NCBI GenBank assembly: GCA_032718475.1
Contig: JAUCBJ010007620.1
Coordinates: 1-64,000 of the forward strand
Source: Nemertoderma westbladi
Lineage: Eukaryota > Animalia > Xenacoelomorpha
Direction: 5' to 3'
Length of the DNA: 64,000 bases
How positions within the stretch are numbered: the first letter of the stretch is position 1; each line of letters starts with the position of its first letter. Positions 11,846 through 24,930 of this stretch are shown here, piece after piece. Below the pieces are notes generated by a model. That model saw only the letters and a program-made list of their open reading frames with translations, ran no database searches and had not been told where the DNA came from. A program made the position numbers and the translations under genes.

Positions 11846-13513
11846 CCCTATTAAAGTCGGGGTGGTGGGAGGTCAATATGAACCCCCCCCCCCCGTGGTT
11901 TTTTTGTTATAATTCTGAAACAAACGCAGTTGGGAATCTGAAATTTTATGACTTTTCCTAAAAATCTATTGTCTTCCTCGTAGTGAAAACCGTTTTCATA
12001 AATATTGGGTACTTTTCGAGTTATCGCACCATTTTTTAACCCTACTTTTGGCACTTTTTTGAGGCGTTTTTTGAAAATTACATTTCATTAAATATGAATT
12101 GTAACATCTCTATTTTTGATGTACACCAGTTTTTTGGTGTTAGCAATTGGATGGAATTCATATAAATTAATTTAGAAATTTCAAACTTGTTTTTTCGGCA
12201 GGTGCCAAATTTTGGCGCCAGCACCAAACTTTGAAATATGTCAATTTAACTGAATATTTTTTGAATATATACGAGTTGCACCAAGCGTATCAAACTTGTA
12301 TTTTTCGGTGCTGTGTGCAAATTTTGGTGCTAGCACGAAATTTTGAAAATCCATTCAATAGATAAAATTGCTTGTGACAATTTATTTCTTGCATTTTAGA
12401 GGTTTATGGCTGTTCTGAATTCAATGGAATATATAATTATGGAACTAGACATCTCAAACTTGTATTTTTCGGAAGTGGGTGCAAAATGTGGTGATAGCAC
12501 CAAATTTTGAAAACCATCAAATATATCAATTGATTGTGTCACCTTGTTTTTTACGTTATACGGGTTTGTGAGCGTTCTGCACCAAGCGTATCAAACTTGT
12601 ATTTTTCGGTGCTGTGTCAACTTTTGGTGCTAGCACGAAATTTTGAAAATCCATTCAATAGATAAAATTGCTTGTGACAATTTATTTCTTGCATTTTAGA
12701 GGTTTATGGCTGTTCTGAATTCAATTGAATATATAATTATCGAACTAGACATCTCAAGCTTGTATTTTTCGGAAGTGGGTGCAAAATGTGGTGCCAGCAC
12801 CAAATTTTTGAAACTAAGGAAATTGATCAGTAGATAGTATCACCTTGTTTCTTGCGTTATACGGGTTTATGATGGTCCTGAATCCGATGGAATCAATAAA
12901 AACAACACTGGACATCGCAAACTTGTAGTTTTTGGTGATGGGTACGAAATTTGGTGCTAGCACCAAAATTTGCCAACTCGCCGAAAAATACAAGTACCAA
13001 TGATCTGGCATATTATAAATTTATTCCATTAGAATCAGCGCCCTAGAAAACCTGAAAATGTGAATTTTTAGCATCGTAAAAGTGAATTTATAATTTTGTG
13101 TTGTTACTGAAAAGTGCTGGTTACTCTTTTCATTTTTTTCCTACGCAGAGAGGACTAAACAGCCATTTTTATAATCATATAATTTTTAAATATTTTCCAA
13201 TTTATTTTGCAATTTATTTTGAAAACCTGTATTGAAAAACAATTAACCGAAAAATGTAACTTTCAAATTTTGTGAAAATTGTGCACTACTTGTAATTTTT
13301 GTGCTGCAATATAACCACCCCAGTACATTTTTTCGAAAAAATTTTTTTCGGTCGGATCCAGACTAGTGATACCTACGTACAAACAAAAAAATCAGACGTT
13401 TTCGTAAAAATTTGTAGATTTTAGTGGGTGGGTCAATATGACCACCCCCCCCCCCCCCCCCTCCCCGGTATTTGTATAACATTTATACCCCGGTACTACA
13501 CCCTGTAATAGGG
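11846..13513 (-). mobile_element. Non-autonomous piggyBac-type element, copy 1 (about 300-bp internal duplication at 12279-12810)
   Basis: Ends read TTAA|CCCTATTA ... TAATAGGG|TTAA. It has internal subrepeats and no transposase, and is the reverse-complement homologue of 16316-17640. Confidence 0.85.
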
Positions 13514-14123
13514 TTAAATTGAATAAATAAAGTGTAAAAAGTACCGGGGACATATGACATGGTGTCCCCCCTACCTGAAAAGTGGGAGGGACGTGTCCCC
13601 CCCCCCCCCCCCCCCACCCCCTGTTGTGGCTGCGCCCATGGAGTTAGTTAGATGTTTTATTACACTGTAGTTATTTGCTTTCACAGTAATTTCGTGACAG
13701 ATGCTAAAGGGATTGTAATCACTACCACAATGTATTCTAACTTTATTCAAATACTTTTATTCAAATACATTTACTTTAACTAACTTTATTCAAATATACT
13801 CACCTCTTCTCACTAGTGTATCAAATGTGATGGACTTTGAATTCACGCCACCGAGGAATAAGTTAGGTGCAACAAGCAAACAAACAACTGCTTGGGTGAT
13901 TCTATCGGCCATGTTTTATTCAAACAGTACTCCTAGTACAATATTTAGTCTCAGAGTACAGAATAACAAAATTAAACAGAATATTATTGTTTATTATATG
14001 TTTTAACATACATAAAATGTATAAATTGTTTAGAAATTTATATATCCATCCGTAAGGGCTGACTGACTGTATTCAATAGCAACCGTAAGGTCGCTTACCA
14101 ATCTATAGCAAATCAATTCAAGA

Positions 14124-14195
14124 GCCTCCATTGTGTAATGGTCAGCATACCTTAACGTTTATCGGGGGACGCGGGTTCGATCCCCGCTGGTGGCG
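14124..14195 (+). pseudogene. tRNA-like sequence (SINE head or tRNA pseudogene)
   Basis: Acceptor stem GCCTCCA/TGGTGGC, A-box-like TGTGTAATGG and T arm GCGGG-TTCGATC-CCCGC. The anticodon arm does not fold cleanly. Confidence 0.65.
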
Positions 14196-16315
14196 AATTC
14201 ATTCTTTCCGCTCCATTTGCTATTGGGTTCGGATCATCCTAAGTCCTATTTAAATTACCTAATAATTCACGGAATATATAACTTGAATAAATTAATAATT
14301 ATTATAATTAGCACATATATATATATATCAATTAGACAAATGAACATCATAATATTAATCAACATTAATTAATTATAGTTTAAGATGCGCTCTATCTTAC
14401 TATTCACTTGAATAAATTAATGAGTGTGAGAATTTCGCTAATTGCCTGTTATATACTTAATGAGTGGTAATACATTGTACTTACATGTACAGCTGTAGTA
14501 TTATACTCATATTATAAAAACTGTATACTAAAGGTTCAATCAATATTTTGTTAACCTCCTTCCATGTGTAGTGTAGTGTATATATAATGGTTACATGTCG
14601 TATTGATTGTAAGCTTAAGTTAAGCTGTAGAGGGATCTGCACTCTGCAGGTGCGTAGTAGGAATCTTGTATGTTTGGAAATTCTTAGGAAGCATAGAGAA
14701 TGTAGGTAGAAGTATTTATATATGTTTATTTATGGCAATATATATTATATGGCATGATGTAATTCATCATGACAAATAGAGTTGATGATGTTCTGTATGA
14801 ATAATATATAAATTTAATTTTAATGTGTCATCGACTCTGCTCGTCGCAGCTGAACAAATAGTATTTAATGGGGGATGTAGTCGCTCTTTCCACCTGTGTA
14901 TCTCTCATCTACCAGCCCTGGTTCAGGGGTGCTGCTATGAGATGCATGGGCGCAACCAGCTAAAAACTTTTGGGGGGTCACTGGAGTAAAAAGTGGACCT
15001 CCACACCCACCCTCCCCCGCCCGTAGCGAAGCTGAATTCATTTAGGAGTGTGGGGTGGGGAGCTGCTTATGAGACTCGAACGAGGGCGGTTTGGGCAGTG
15101 GGGTATCAAGGATTTGGGAAAGGTTTCAGAATAGGGTCCATTGGGTGGGTCTGGGGACGAATCCTTGGTGGGAGGTAAGGTGGGGGGGGGGGGGGGGGGG
15201 GGGGGAAGCCCCCCGGAATTTTTGAAAGTTAAATAAGAAGGTGAGCAGTTCGAACGGATTGTAAGTCAGAGTATTTTTGCTCCTTTCTTCATGCTTGAAT
15301 AGTGTAGGTCTATCGTAACATCTTGATACCTTCATGAATTAATTACATTTAAATTGCTTGTAAGCGAGCGAGCGAAATAAAAATAACGTGTTTGAATTTT
15401 GCAACAGTTTTCAATGAAGATACAGCAAAAGCGAGCGGTGCGAGCTCAAATTTTGACAATTTAGTAATCCTCTAGTTACGAGTTGTACTTCGGGGGCGCC
15501 TTCTATGTTGTACGATTATCTGCATTTCATGCAGATTTTCTGCATCCCCCCCCCCCCCCCCCCCCCCCGTTGTTGATCCGCCACTGCTTGTATGTGAGGA
15601 ATGGACTAAATGACATAATGGCAATCATATTGTGGTTCTGATTCTCTAAACGCTTTGTTTGTTATCCCATTATTTTTATAATACCATTTGCTGATGATGA
15701 AACTAGAAGGCGGTGCTAGCGCACTGTGAAAGAAGGTCTTTAGTTTCTGATGACTGTTCAACTGACCAGCTCTTCGTTCAAGTTACACTTTAAATAATGT
15801 ATACATCAATAATGTTTATCACATAAAATGACCTTTATTATGTTCTCGAAGAGTTAATGAACAAAAGGAGACACTTGATTATTGACCTTTCAATAAATGT
15901 ACTATATTATTAGAAGTTCGTTAGGTCTTCTTATTGTAAAAGTATTCACTATCTATCTATGTACAGTACATATACTGTATGTATCTATACCGGGTGAACT
16001 CCCCCAAGCTGTAGGTCGTCTGTCAATAAAAGTTATAAGAATTGGGTAGTGCTTTAGGTCGATTGTACTGCTGTACTACGGTATGTGGCAATAGCAAAAT
16101 ATAAAAGTCTGACTTGTGAGTCTGAGCGGATAGTGGATCTGGGCATCTAAGCTGACCTGGCTGCAGCTTTGACTTAATTAAAACTTTAAGATTTTGTATT
16201 AACTTCTGACTCCTTTCTTGTTCTGACAGTTTGAGCTACTGAGCTATCCAGCAATGTCTGATCATCAATGGAAAGACGTGGGGCAAAAAATTCTAGAACG
16301 CCTAGAAGACCTTAA

Positions 16316-17640
16316 CCCTATTAGTACCGGGCTATAAAATGTTGTACAAATACCGGGGGGGGGGGGGTCATATTGACCCCCCCTCTAAAATGATGCGATT
16401 ACTATAAATGGCTGATTAGTCCTCTCTGCGTAGGTAAAAAATGAAAAAAACAAGTAACCAGCACTTTTCAGTTAGAACACAAAATTTTTTATTAACTTAT
16501 ACGATGCTATAAATTCACATTTTCAGGATTTTTAGGGCGCTGATTCTAATGGAATACATTTCTAATATGCCAGATCATTGCTACTTGTATTTTTCGGCGT
16601 AATTTGGCAAATTTTTGTGCTAGCACCAAATTTCGTACCCATCACCAAAAAGTACAAGTTTGCAATGTCCTGTGCTGTTTTTATTGATTCCATCGGATTC
16701 AGGCCCCTCATAAACCCGTATAACGCACGAAACAAGATGATACTATCTTCTGATCAATTTTCTTATTTTCAAAAATTTGGTGCTGACACAACAATTTTCA
16801 CCCACTTCCGAAAAATACAAGTTTGAAAACTCTTATGAAATTTTTACTGATTCCATTGAATTCGGAGCCCTCACAAACCCGTATAACGCAAGAAACAAGG
16901 TGACACAATCAATTGATATTTTTGATGGTTTTCAAAATTTGGTGCTTGCACCACATTTTGCACCCACTTCCGAAAAATACAAGTTTGAGATGTCTAGTTC
17001 GATGATTATATATTCCATTGAATTCAGAACAGCCTTAAACCTCTAAAACTCAAGAAATAAATTGTCACAAGCAATTTTATGTATTGAATGGATTTTCAAA
17101 ATTTCGTGCTACACCAAAATTTGCACACAGCACCGAAAAATACAAGTTTGATACGCTTGGTGCAACTCGTATATCTTCCATCGAAACCAGGACCCCAAAA
17201 AACCCCAATTGCGTAAAAAAACAAGTTTCAAACAATCAATTTACAAAATTGACATATTTCAAAATTTGGTGCTGGCACCAAAATTTGGCACCCTTCCGAA
17301 AAAAATAAGTTTGAAATTTCTAAATCAATCCATTCCATCCAATTGCTAACAACAAAAAACCGGTGTAAATGAAAAATAGAGATGTTACAAATCATATTTA
17401 ATTAAATGTAATTTTTAAAAAACGTCTCAAAAAAAGTGCCAAAGGTAGGGTTAAAAAATGGTGCTATAACTCGAAAACTACCCAATATTTTTGAAAACTG
17501 TTTTCACTACTAGGAAGACAATAGAATTTTAGGAAAAGTCATAAAATTTCAGATTCCCAACTGCGTTTGTTTCAGAATTATATGAAAAAAACCACGGGGA
17601 GGGGGTCATATTGACCCCCACCCCCCCGGGTTTATTAGGG
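16316..17640 (+). mobile_element. Non-autonomous piggyBac-type element, copy 2
   Basis: Ends read TTAA|CCCTATTA ... TATTAGGG|TTAA; same family as copy 1 in the opposite orientation. Confidence 0.85.
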
Positions 17641-18896
17641 TTAAAAAGGGTCAATCTGACCTGCGTGAAGAACTTAAATCTGCAATCTACCGACTGTCGA
17701 CCTCTAATCATACGCTTCTTTGGCCACGGTGCCCGACTTAAGGCACTTAAAACGAAGAAGCTACTCGATTGCCCACTTACAGTATTTGAGCACTTAACCA
17801 CTCGTCGCTCATCCCTCCTGTTGAATGAAATAATCAAAATGCGGAAATGTAGCCAGATAATTCCTATTTCACTTCAAACGGAGTGATTCTTGTGAAAATT
17901 TCCGATAAAGATGCGCCCATGCTTCGTATCGTCTCTCGGATAGATCTTGTTAAACTTCAAGAGTCCATCAGATGTACCGGTACTAGCAAAGCCTGGCCAA
18001 TCGGCTAATAAGGTTCCGGTAGTCCAAGAAACTTCAAAGGTCTTTCTCGCCATCTCTACCGGTACTAAACAAAGAATGAGTACTCGACACTCTGCCCCCT
18101 GACGGACGAGAACATTTCGTATATTACCTAATAAGCTAATTTAGCTATTATCGGTCGGTGATAAGACGGCGATTAATTAAGTAATAATTTAATTATGTAT
18201 AGTACTATACAGAATAATTTTACCTACCGGTAAATTCTCAATATCCTAGTATAGGAAATAGGAACACCGGTATAGGAAAACCTCCTGTTCCTCATTACAA
18301 TGAAAGTTGTACTAAGAATATTAATGACCAGATTATATCAAAATTATTTGATATAATATTATAATATTACTTATTTTTAATTTATGTACCACCGTGTATA
18401 CACCGCAAATATATTCATATACCCAATATACACTGTATATTGGGTATATAAATATATGTATTTGTGTGTATGTTTGTTTGTACGAACACACACGTTTTGT
18501 GTTGCACTCTTTCATAACGTTAATATCGTTGCGTACAACAGGAGTTAATTCCAATTCGTATCGGTTTAGCTGGTATATAGAATTATTCATAAGATTTTTA
18601 TTTATCTAATAAAGAAATATTATTGTTTACTACAAGATATGACACACATCAGGAATGAAATATGGCCTTATTTTACTATTATAAAATTTTATAATGTTAT
18701 AAATTTACCAAAAAATTTATACACAATATATAAATTATATCACTTACGTTGTACATACCACATAATATACATTACAAAATCAGATCCCACAAGCCCTACG
18801 TATTGTAAATCAGATTTTCTATAATCCTTCAATACGAATTCACATTCACATGTACATTCTCCCTCCCCCCTTCCCACTTCCTCTCTTACACTTCCT

Positions 18897-19175
18897 GTGT
18901 GCTGCGACTTTTGCTACAGTATATTTCAGCCTAGTGATAACATTTTTTGCTGTCACCATTGCAACAATGATTTTCATGCACAATGCGGGAGTTTCCTTAC
19001 CATCAATGAATATAACACTAGACATAATAAATCTACTTGGTGTATATTTTGTTACTGTTCTATTTTTCCTTTCTCTACTATCCCAGACAATGACGATGAT
19101 ATTTTTTCAAACAGTGATATTTCAAGTTTTCGAAACGAAGGGAATTTTAATAATTCAGTGGACGACTTTTTTTAA
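18897..19175 (+). mobile_element. PHD-finger fragment of the kind found at the ORF2 N-terminus of CR1/L2-group LINEs; possible ORF1 remnant upstream at about 16254-18100, split by piggyBac copy 2
   Basis: CDFC...CHHCNNDFHAQC...WCIFC followed by 'IFPFS'. Removing the piggyBac joins MSDHQWKDVGQKILERLEDL to KKGQSDLREELKSAI. Confidence 0.55.
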
Positions 19176-19209
19176 ATCTGTGTTAGTTTCTTAAACAATC
19201 AGGACTTAC

Positions 19210-20924
19210 CTGGCAAACTGTGAATAAGGTATCTGGTCGGAAAAGTTGTGCAAAGAGGCGCCTCAAAGCCAATAGTCCCGAAGAACGTGTGGGGAAGTGG
19301 AAAAATCACTTCAGCAACTTGCTTGGGCAGCCAACAAACATCGAGGTCAGCCCTACAAGGAAAATATATGACAAGACACAGGAGACTGTCAGGAGACTGA
19401 TATAGAGACAGGGGACTTCACACCTGCCGAACTCCAAAGAAGCATTAAAAGCATGTCCAATAATAAAGCGAGTGGATTAGATGAAATTCCAGCGAGGTAT
19501 GGAAAACAGGAGTGCTAAACAGACCATTATTAAATGTTTGCAACCGGATGTTAAAAGGGGAAAAGCCTCCACCAATTTGGACTAAAGGTCAACTAAAGCC
19601 TCTCCCATAGAAAGGAGACCTCGGCATACCAACAAACTATCGTGGGATCTGTCTGCTTGTGGTAGCTGCCAAAATATACAATAAAATGATTCTATATAGG
19701 ATTAGGCCTCCCATAGAGAAACTACTGCGTAAGAGCCAAAACGGATTTCGACCAAGTAGATCAACAATAGATCAGATACTTGCACTATGGAGACTGATTG
19801 AAGGAATTAAGTCAAAGAATCTCCCTGCAGTCAGACTTTTGTGGACTTCAAGAAGGCATTCGACTCCAACCATAGAGGGAAAATGCTTGAAATCCTAAGA
19901 GCTTATGGAATACTAGAAGTAATCGTTGCTGGCATTGGATTGTTATATTGTGACACAGAAGCACAGGTACTCTCACCAGATGGTGAAACTGGGTTTTTCT
20001 CAATCCTGGCTGGCGTACTGCAAGGTGACACATTAGCACCATTACTATTTGTAATTGTACTGGATTACTCAATGAGGACGGCCATAAAGGGTGAAGATCT
20101 GGGATTCACACTTCAAGAACAAGAAGTCGTAGATATCCGGCAACTACAGTCACAGACACCGACTTTGCGGATGACATCGCCCTGCTCTCTAATACGCTAG
20201 CAGATGCACAGCTTCTACTGAATAAAGTGGAGAGGGCTGCTAAGGAGGTTGGATTGCATATAAATGCTACCAAGACCGAATTCATGACTTTTAATGTTGA
20301 TGGAAACTTGACAACCATTGATAATATTCAACTAAGGAAGGTTGACGACTTCCAGTACCTAGGATCATGGATAGAGAGTAGCAAAAAGGACATAGAAGTT
20401 AGGAAAGCAAAGGCTTGGGTAGCTCTATCAAAAATGGGTACCATCTGGAAATCAGATCACCCCAGGCACTTGAAGACTAAGTTATTTCGAGCCACAGTGG
20501 AAAGTGTATTTTTATACGGGGGTGAGACCTGGACACTGACTAAATCACTTGAACAACGAATTGATGGATGCTACAGAAGACTACTAAGGGAAGCCCTCAA
20601 CATCAGCTGGAGACAACACATGACAAATGCCGAGCTTTATGGTACAATACCACCTGTATCAACCACCCTCCGTGAACGCAGATTAAGATTCTTTGGGCAC
20701 TGCTGGCGAAGTAAAGACGAGGTCATACCAGATCTACTTTTCTGGCAACCAACTCATGGAAAGTGTAGTCGTGGACGACCGGCCATTACATATATAGATC
20801 AACTTGAAAGGGATACTGAACTTGGGAGAAACGAAATTGCGACAACTATGGAGAATCGGGAAGCCTGGAAGGATCTCATTTCCACTGTCCGAGTTCGCTC
20901 GACTTAGTAGTAGGTAGTAGTAGG
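19210..20924 (+). mobile_element. 5'-truncated RTE-clade LINE (frameshifted RT) with a (TAG)-rich tail
   Basis: QNGFRPSRST, DFKKAFDS, GVLQGDTLAPLLF, DFADD, FQYLGS and the C-terminal 'RRLRFFGHCWR...RGRP..TYIDQL'. The tail reads TAGTAGTAGGTAGTAGTAGG. Confidence 0.92.
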
Positions 20925-22153
20925 ATCCAGATCAAAATCTAATAAATTCTGTATTTTCAGGTGGGTACTACAATAGGGTGTGTCTGGAATCACTTTTTTG
21001 CCGAATGGCTTAGCAACTCATACAATTGAGGAGGTTTGGCATCCTGATATGAATACTGATTTTTTTTTCAAAAATCAATGATGGAATCAGGTGGATCCAG
21101 ATGGATCAAGATATGACGTCATTGGTAGAAAAGGCTATTTTTAGAATATCATTGATTCGTGAAATTATTTTCCAAAAACGGTACAACTTGCATATAAATG
21201 AGAAAGATCCGGGCATTGAGTTGATTGTTGAAAGTTGATTTTTGAAAGTTGAGATGATTGTTTAGTTGATTGTTTAGTTTTTATTGATGGGACCAGTTGG
21301 CTCCAGAGTAACCAAATGGTCACCATTTCCACCAAATGGTCGTCATACCTAAAAATATCCAATTGAAGAACAAAAAGTGCTAATAATAGAACCACTCTCA
21401 TATGATATGGTAAGTAAAGTAGGAAAATAATGCTGAATCATGCCAATCACTGAACCATGCCAAATAAGAAAGCCTTACATTGATATAAAAAAACATAGTA
21501 CCTTTACTGTACCAAAAAAATACAGTAGCTACAAATTAGCAAATTATATGGCGGGTTTTTTGAAATATGTTTCGGTACTGATTAATAGATATTCTCACTA
21601 GTCAGTTTCTCCTGTTATGTCTGTCGACTGTGTTACACAGTAAGAAGCCTACATGCTGAAATTCTGAAATATACTACTGTAATTCTGGAATTTACAGTTT
21701 CATTTGCAAACCTCTACCTATAAATATATAAATAGAGTATAAATGACTACAGTAATAAATTAGATTGTGTTTCAAAGTTTAACAATTTTTGATTTATATG
21801 AATGTTTGAAATAATTATTTCATACGCTTCATTAAATTTCGCCCAGTTTTCTTGATTTCATAATTTTTCCCATTTTTGTAATGAAACATTTGAAAAAATC
21901 AAGGGTTTTTTCATTTTTTTTTTTAATTTTTAATTTTTTTTTTACAAAATTGCCATTTATCAGAAATAGAAAATGAGAATACCAAAAGTGGCCGAAAAAT
22001 ATGACGAAAATGAAAGAGCTGGTTCCAAAAAATATGGTATCGATATCACTGTGACGGTATCAGCATCAACAAAATCATATCTTATTATATATTTATTTTT
22101 GTTTGTGAATTGCTGTATGTACTGTACATAAATATTATAGTAATAAAAGACCT

Positions 22154-22536
22154 TTATTGTATATTGTATTCCCTCATGAGAAATAGTTTATGAACGGGAT
22201 TTCTGCTGCGTGGTGATTGGTTAATTCTGCTGCGTGGTGATTGGTTAATAACATAAGTTTCAGAAGTAAAGTTTTCACTATTTCCAGTCATATTCGGGTG
22301 GATCTTTTTGAATTTCTGTTGAAAACGCTCAAATTCATGGAGAGTTCTCGCTATTTGTTTGCGTTCTAAAATCAGTTTCATTGTTGAAAGCTTCTTAATG
22401 TTGTAGGATAATCGGTTATCTTCCAGAATCTTTGAAATCTTTCGATCACGATTTTGTTGGGATTTTATTGAGTGTGCTGCCCATTCCCAGGCATTACGAT
22501 GGAATAGCCAATCACGACAATGTACAGATGCATTAC
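22154..22536 (-). CDS. Ankyrin-repeat protein (ANKRD63-like), exon 3 to the stop codon
   Basis: Acceptor TTTACTTTAG|, phase 1. GNASVHCRDWLFHRNAWEWA... stays open into the listed 22154-22381 ORF. Confidence 0.78.
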
Positions 22537-23182
22537 CTAAAGTAAATGGAGACAGTTAGTTATTTCGAAAACAACAATCCGCTGACAAACAACTTAAATC
22601 AGGAAGGGATTAAATGTAATGGATAACAATAATATATATCTATCTGGGAAAGAAAGGGCTTCAACTACAGTACATAAAAGCTTACATAGAGTTCTTGCAT
22701 AGTCTTTAATTATTTGCGCTTGTCCATTTGCAGGTTTTATGTTTCGGGTGAAGATTTACCTAAATTTAATTCGTCATATCTAAATTGATATTTAAATAAA
22801 TGAAATAAAGTCATATTTTTAGTTTATGCTGCCACAGACTAAAGATAAAATGTGCAACCAGATTTTGTATATATAACTTATGGGTTCGTCCATAAAGTTC
22901 GTCCGATGTCAGAGAGGTGGGGGTGGTCTTGAAAATCCGGACATCTTCGGACAGGGTGGGGGGGGGGGGGGGGGGAGGAAACGTCCTAGCTAAATTAGGA
23001 CGCTTTTATATTTAGCATAATATGCTATAATAATAATTTTCACTATAACAAATGGGTTACCAGATTCGCAATACCATACAGGTAGAGTCCGGCATGCAGT
23101 ACATAACTTGTACATAGCTTGGACAGGGGGGAGGGGGGGGGGGGGGGTCCAAAAATCATAAATTTACTCGGGCTTAGCTTAC

Positions 23183-23428
23183 CTAATGATAATAATATTT
23201 CAGCAGATTTGTATTGACATGATTGAATAGCCAATAGCAGAGGAGTGGACCCCTGTTGGTTCCGAATGTCCACATTAAGGGAGAGTCTGCCCATAGCATT
23301 AGTTACCATGGCTACAACCTCTGGGAATCCGTTCCTGGCCGCTAGATGGAGCGGGCTATCTCCGTTAACATCAGTTACGGTAGTGTCTATGTTTTCCTTT
23401 AGGAGTAAATCAACTATTCCTGACCGAC
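23183..23428 (-). CDS. Ankyrin-repeat protein (ANKRD63-like), exon 2
   Basis: Acceptor TTTTCCAG|, 246 nt, phase 1/1, donor AG|GTAAGC. Translates as GRSGIVDLLLKENIDTTVTDVNGDSPLHLAARNGFPEVV...NQQGSTPLLLA...LLSLG and continues the ankyrin repeat broken at the end of exon 1. Confidence 0.88.
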
Positions 23429-24069
23429 CTGGAAAATTAATATAGCCAAGCCGAACTTAGTTTGACGTATAAAAGGTCCGCCTTATCAAACAATATACCC
23501 TAGCAAAGATTACAGCCTTTCCAGTGATTTGTCTTCTCTATTGCAACAGCCCATTGTGCGATCCAGCTTCACACGAGAGTTGAGCAACAGATATGAGGCA
23601 CTTGCATCTGAGGCAGTACTGTGTAGGCTGTACTGTCTGCACATAGGCTGTTAAGGCACTGCTGCATAAATGGTTCCTATATATCCTTCGAAACAGTAGA
23701 AAGTCAGACAGACCGCATAATTCGGAAGTGCAGATAGAATCTCACTAAGGCACAGAATGAGTCCTAGTTTAAAACAGCCTTTGGCGACCAAACAGTTAAG
23801 GATTCCTCTAGGTCCCAGGACAGACAGTACTGTACTCTAATAATCTACAGGAGCTTATCTACCAACAGTTGATGGCATCAATGATGCCAATACAATCAGC
23901 CCAGCTATGAAAATCGTCCAACTTGCGGACTGATGGGGGGGGGGGGGGGGGGGGGGTGGCTATCCAACCACCACGGTTAAGTCTGAAAATCCGGCTGATC
24001 GCCTCAATGGTTGGAAGGCCCACTTTGAAAAGTTCCTCAATAACCACAGGGTATTGCCTGATATCTTTA

Positions 24070-24900
24070 TGGAGGAAAGTGTCCGAGTATGATATACCCA
24101 TTGGTGATATCTCCGTTGCTGAAGTCAAGGTAAGGTCGTGAGACCATGGAGCCTATTCCGGAACTTAGGAGGATAATTGAAGAGTTATCAAAAAAGAAAG
24201 ACAGGCATCTGGCTGTTATCTTTGTTGACTTCTTCAAGGCCTTTGATTCAGTCTCCCGCTCACGTATGTTCAGCATACTTTCATTGTATGGCATCTCTGG
24301 GGAAATTATTACAGCAATCAGATCACTATTCGATAGATAGATGACATTTGTGTCTACCATTGACGGTGACACAGATCCATTTCAAGTTTTAAGGGGAGTC
24401 CTATAGGGAGACACTTTTGCAACATTCACATCCGTAATTATATTTAATCCATTTCCAGTTTTATGGGGAGTCCTCCAGGGAGACACTCTTTTTTGCAACA
24501 TTCACATCCGTAATTATATTTGAATATGTTATATATATTTCCTTAGATCATCATAATGAAGATGTGGATGTAGATATCAACTATAGATGCACACAAGAAT
24601 CGTGTTAACATTTCAAACTCTCACCACCCAACGAAATCTACTTTCATTGCATTCGCAGTGAAGACCAGCCTGTGATCAATTCCATGCTTTGGCAGCATCG
24701 TGGAAAATATATAAGCATGGTGGACAGCCAATGAATTTCTTGAGACGCCTTGATGACACTGGCCTTGAAAATGCGGATAATCTCGCGAAAATCACGGGGA
24801 ATATGGAGTTGTGGTTGGGAAATTTAGTCAATAAGCAGACATAGCATTCTTAATACACGATGCCTATTGTCGATATCATTGTGGAACCAAAAGTTGCAGA
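24070..24900 (+). mobile_element. Highly decayed RTE-like LINE fragment
   Basis: 'VIFVDFFKAFDSVSR' and a duplicated 'GVLQGDT' segment. Confidence 0.7.
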
Positions 24901-24930
24901 CTACAACCATAACCGTAGTTACATAAAGAT

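Noticed and set aside
14124-14195. Functional tRNA gene
   Set aside because: The anticodon arm does not form a proper 5-bp stem with a 7-nt loop; more likely a SINE head or pseudogene.
16578-17837. Short ORFs within the piggyBac-type elements as transposase
   Set aside because: No DDD motifs; they arise from internal AT-rich subrepeats.
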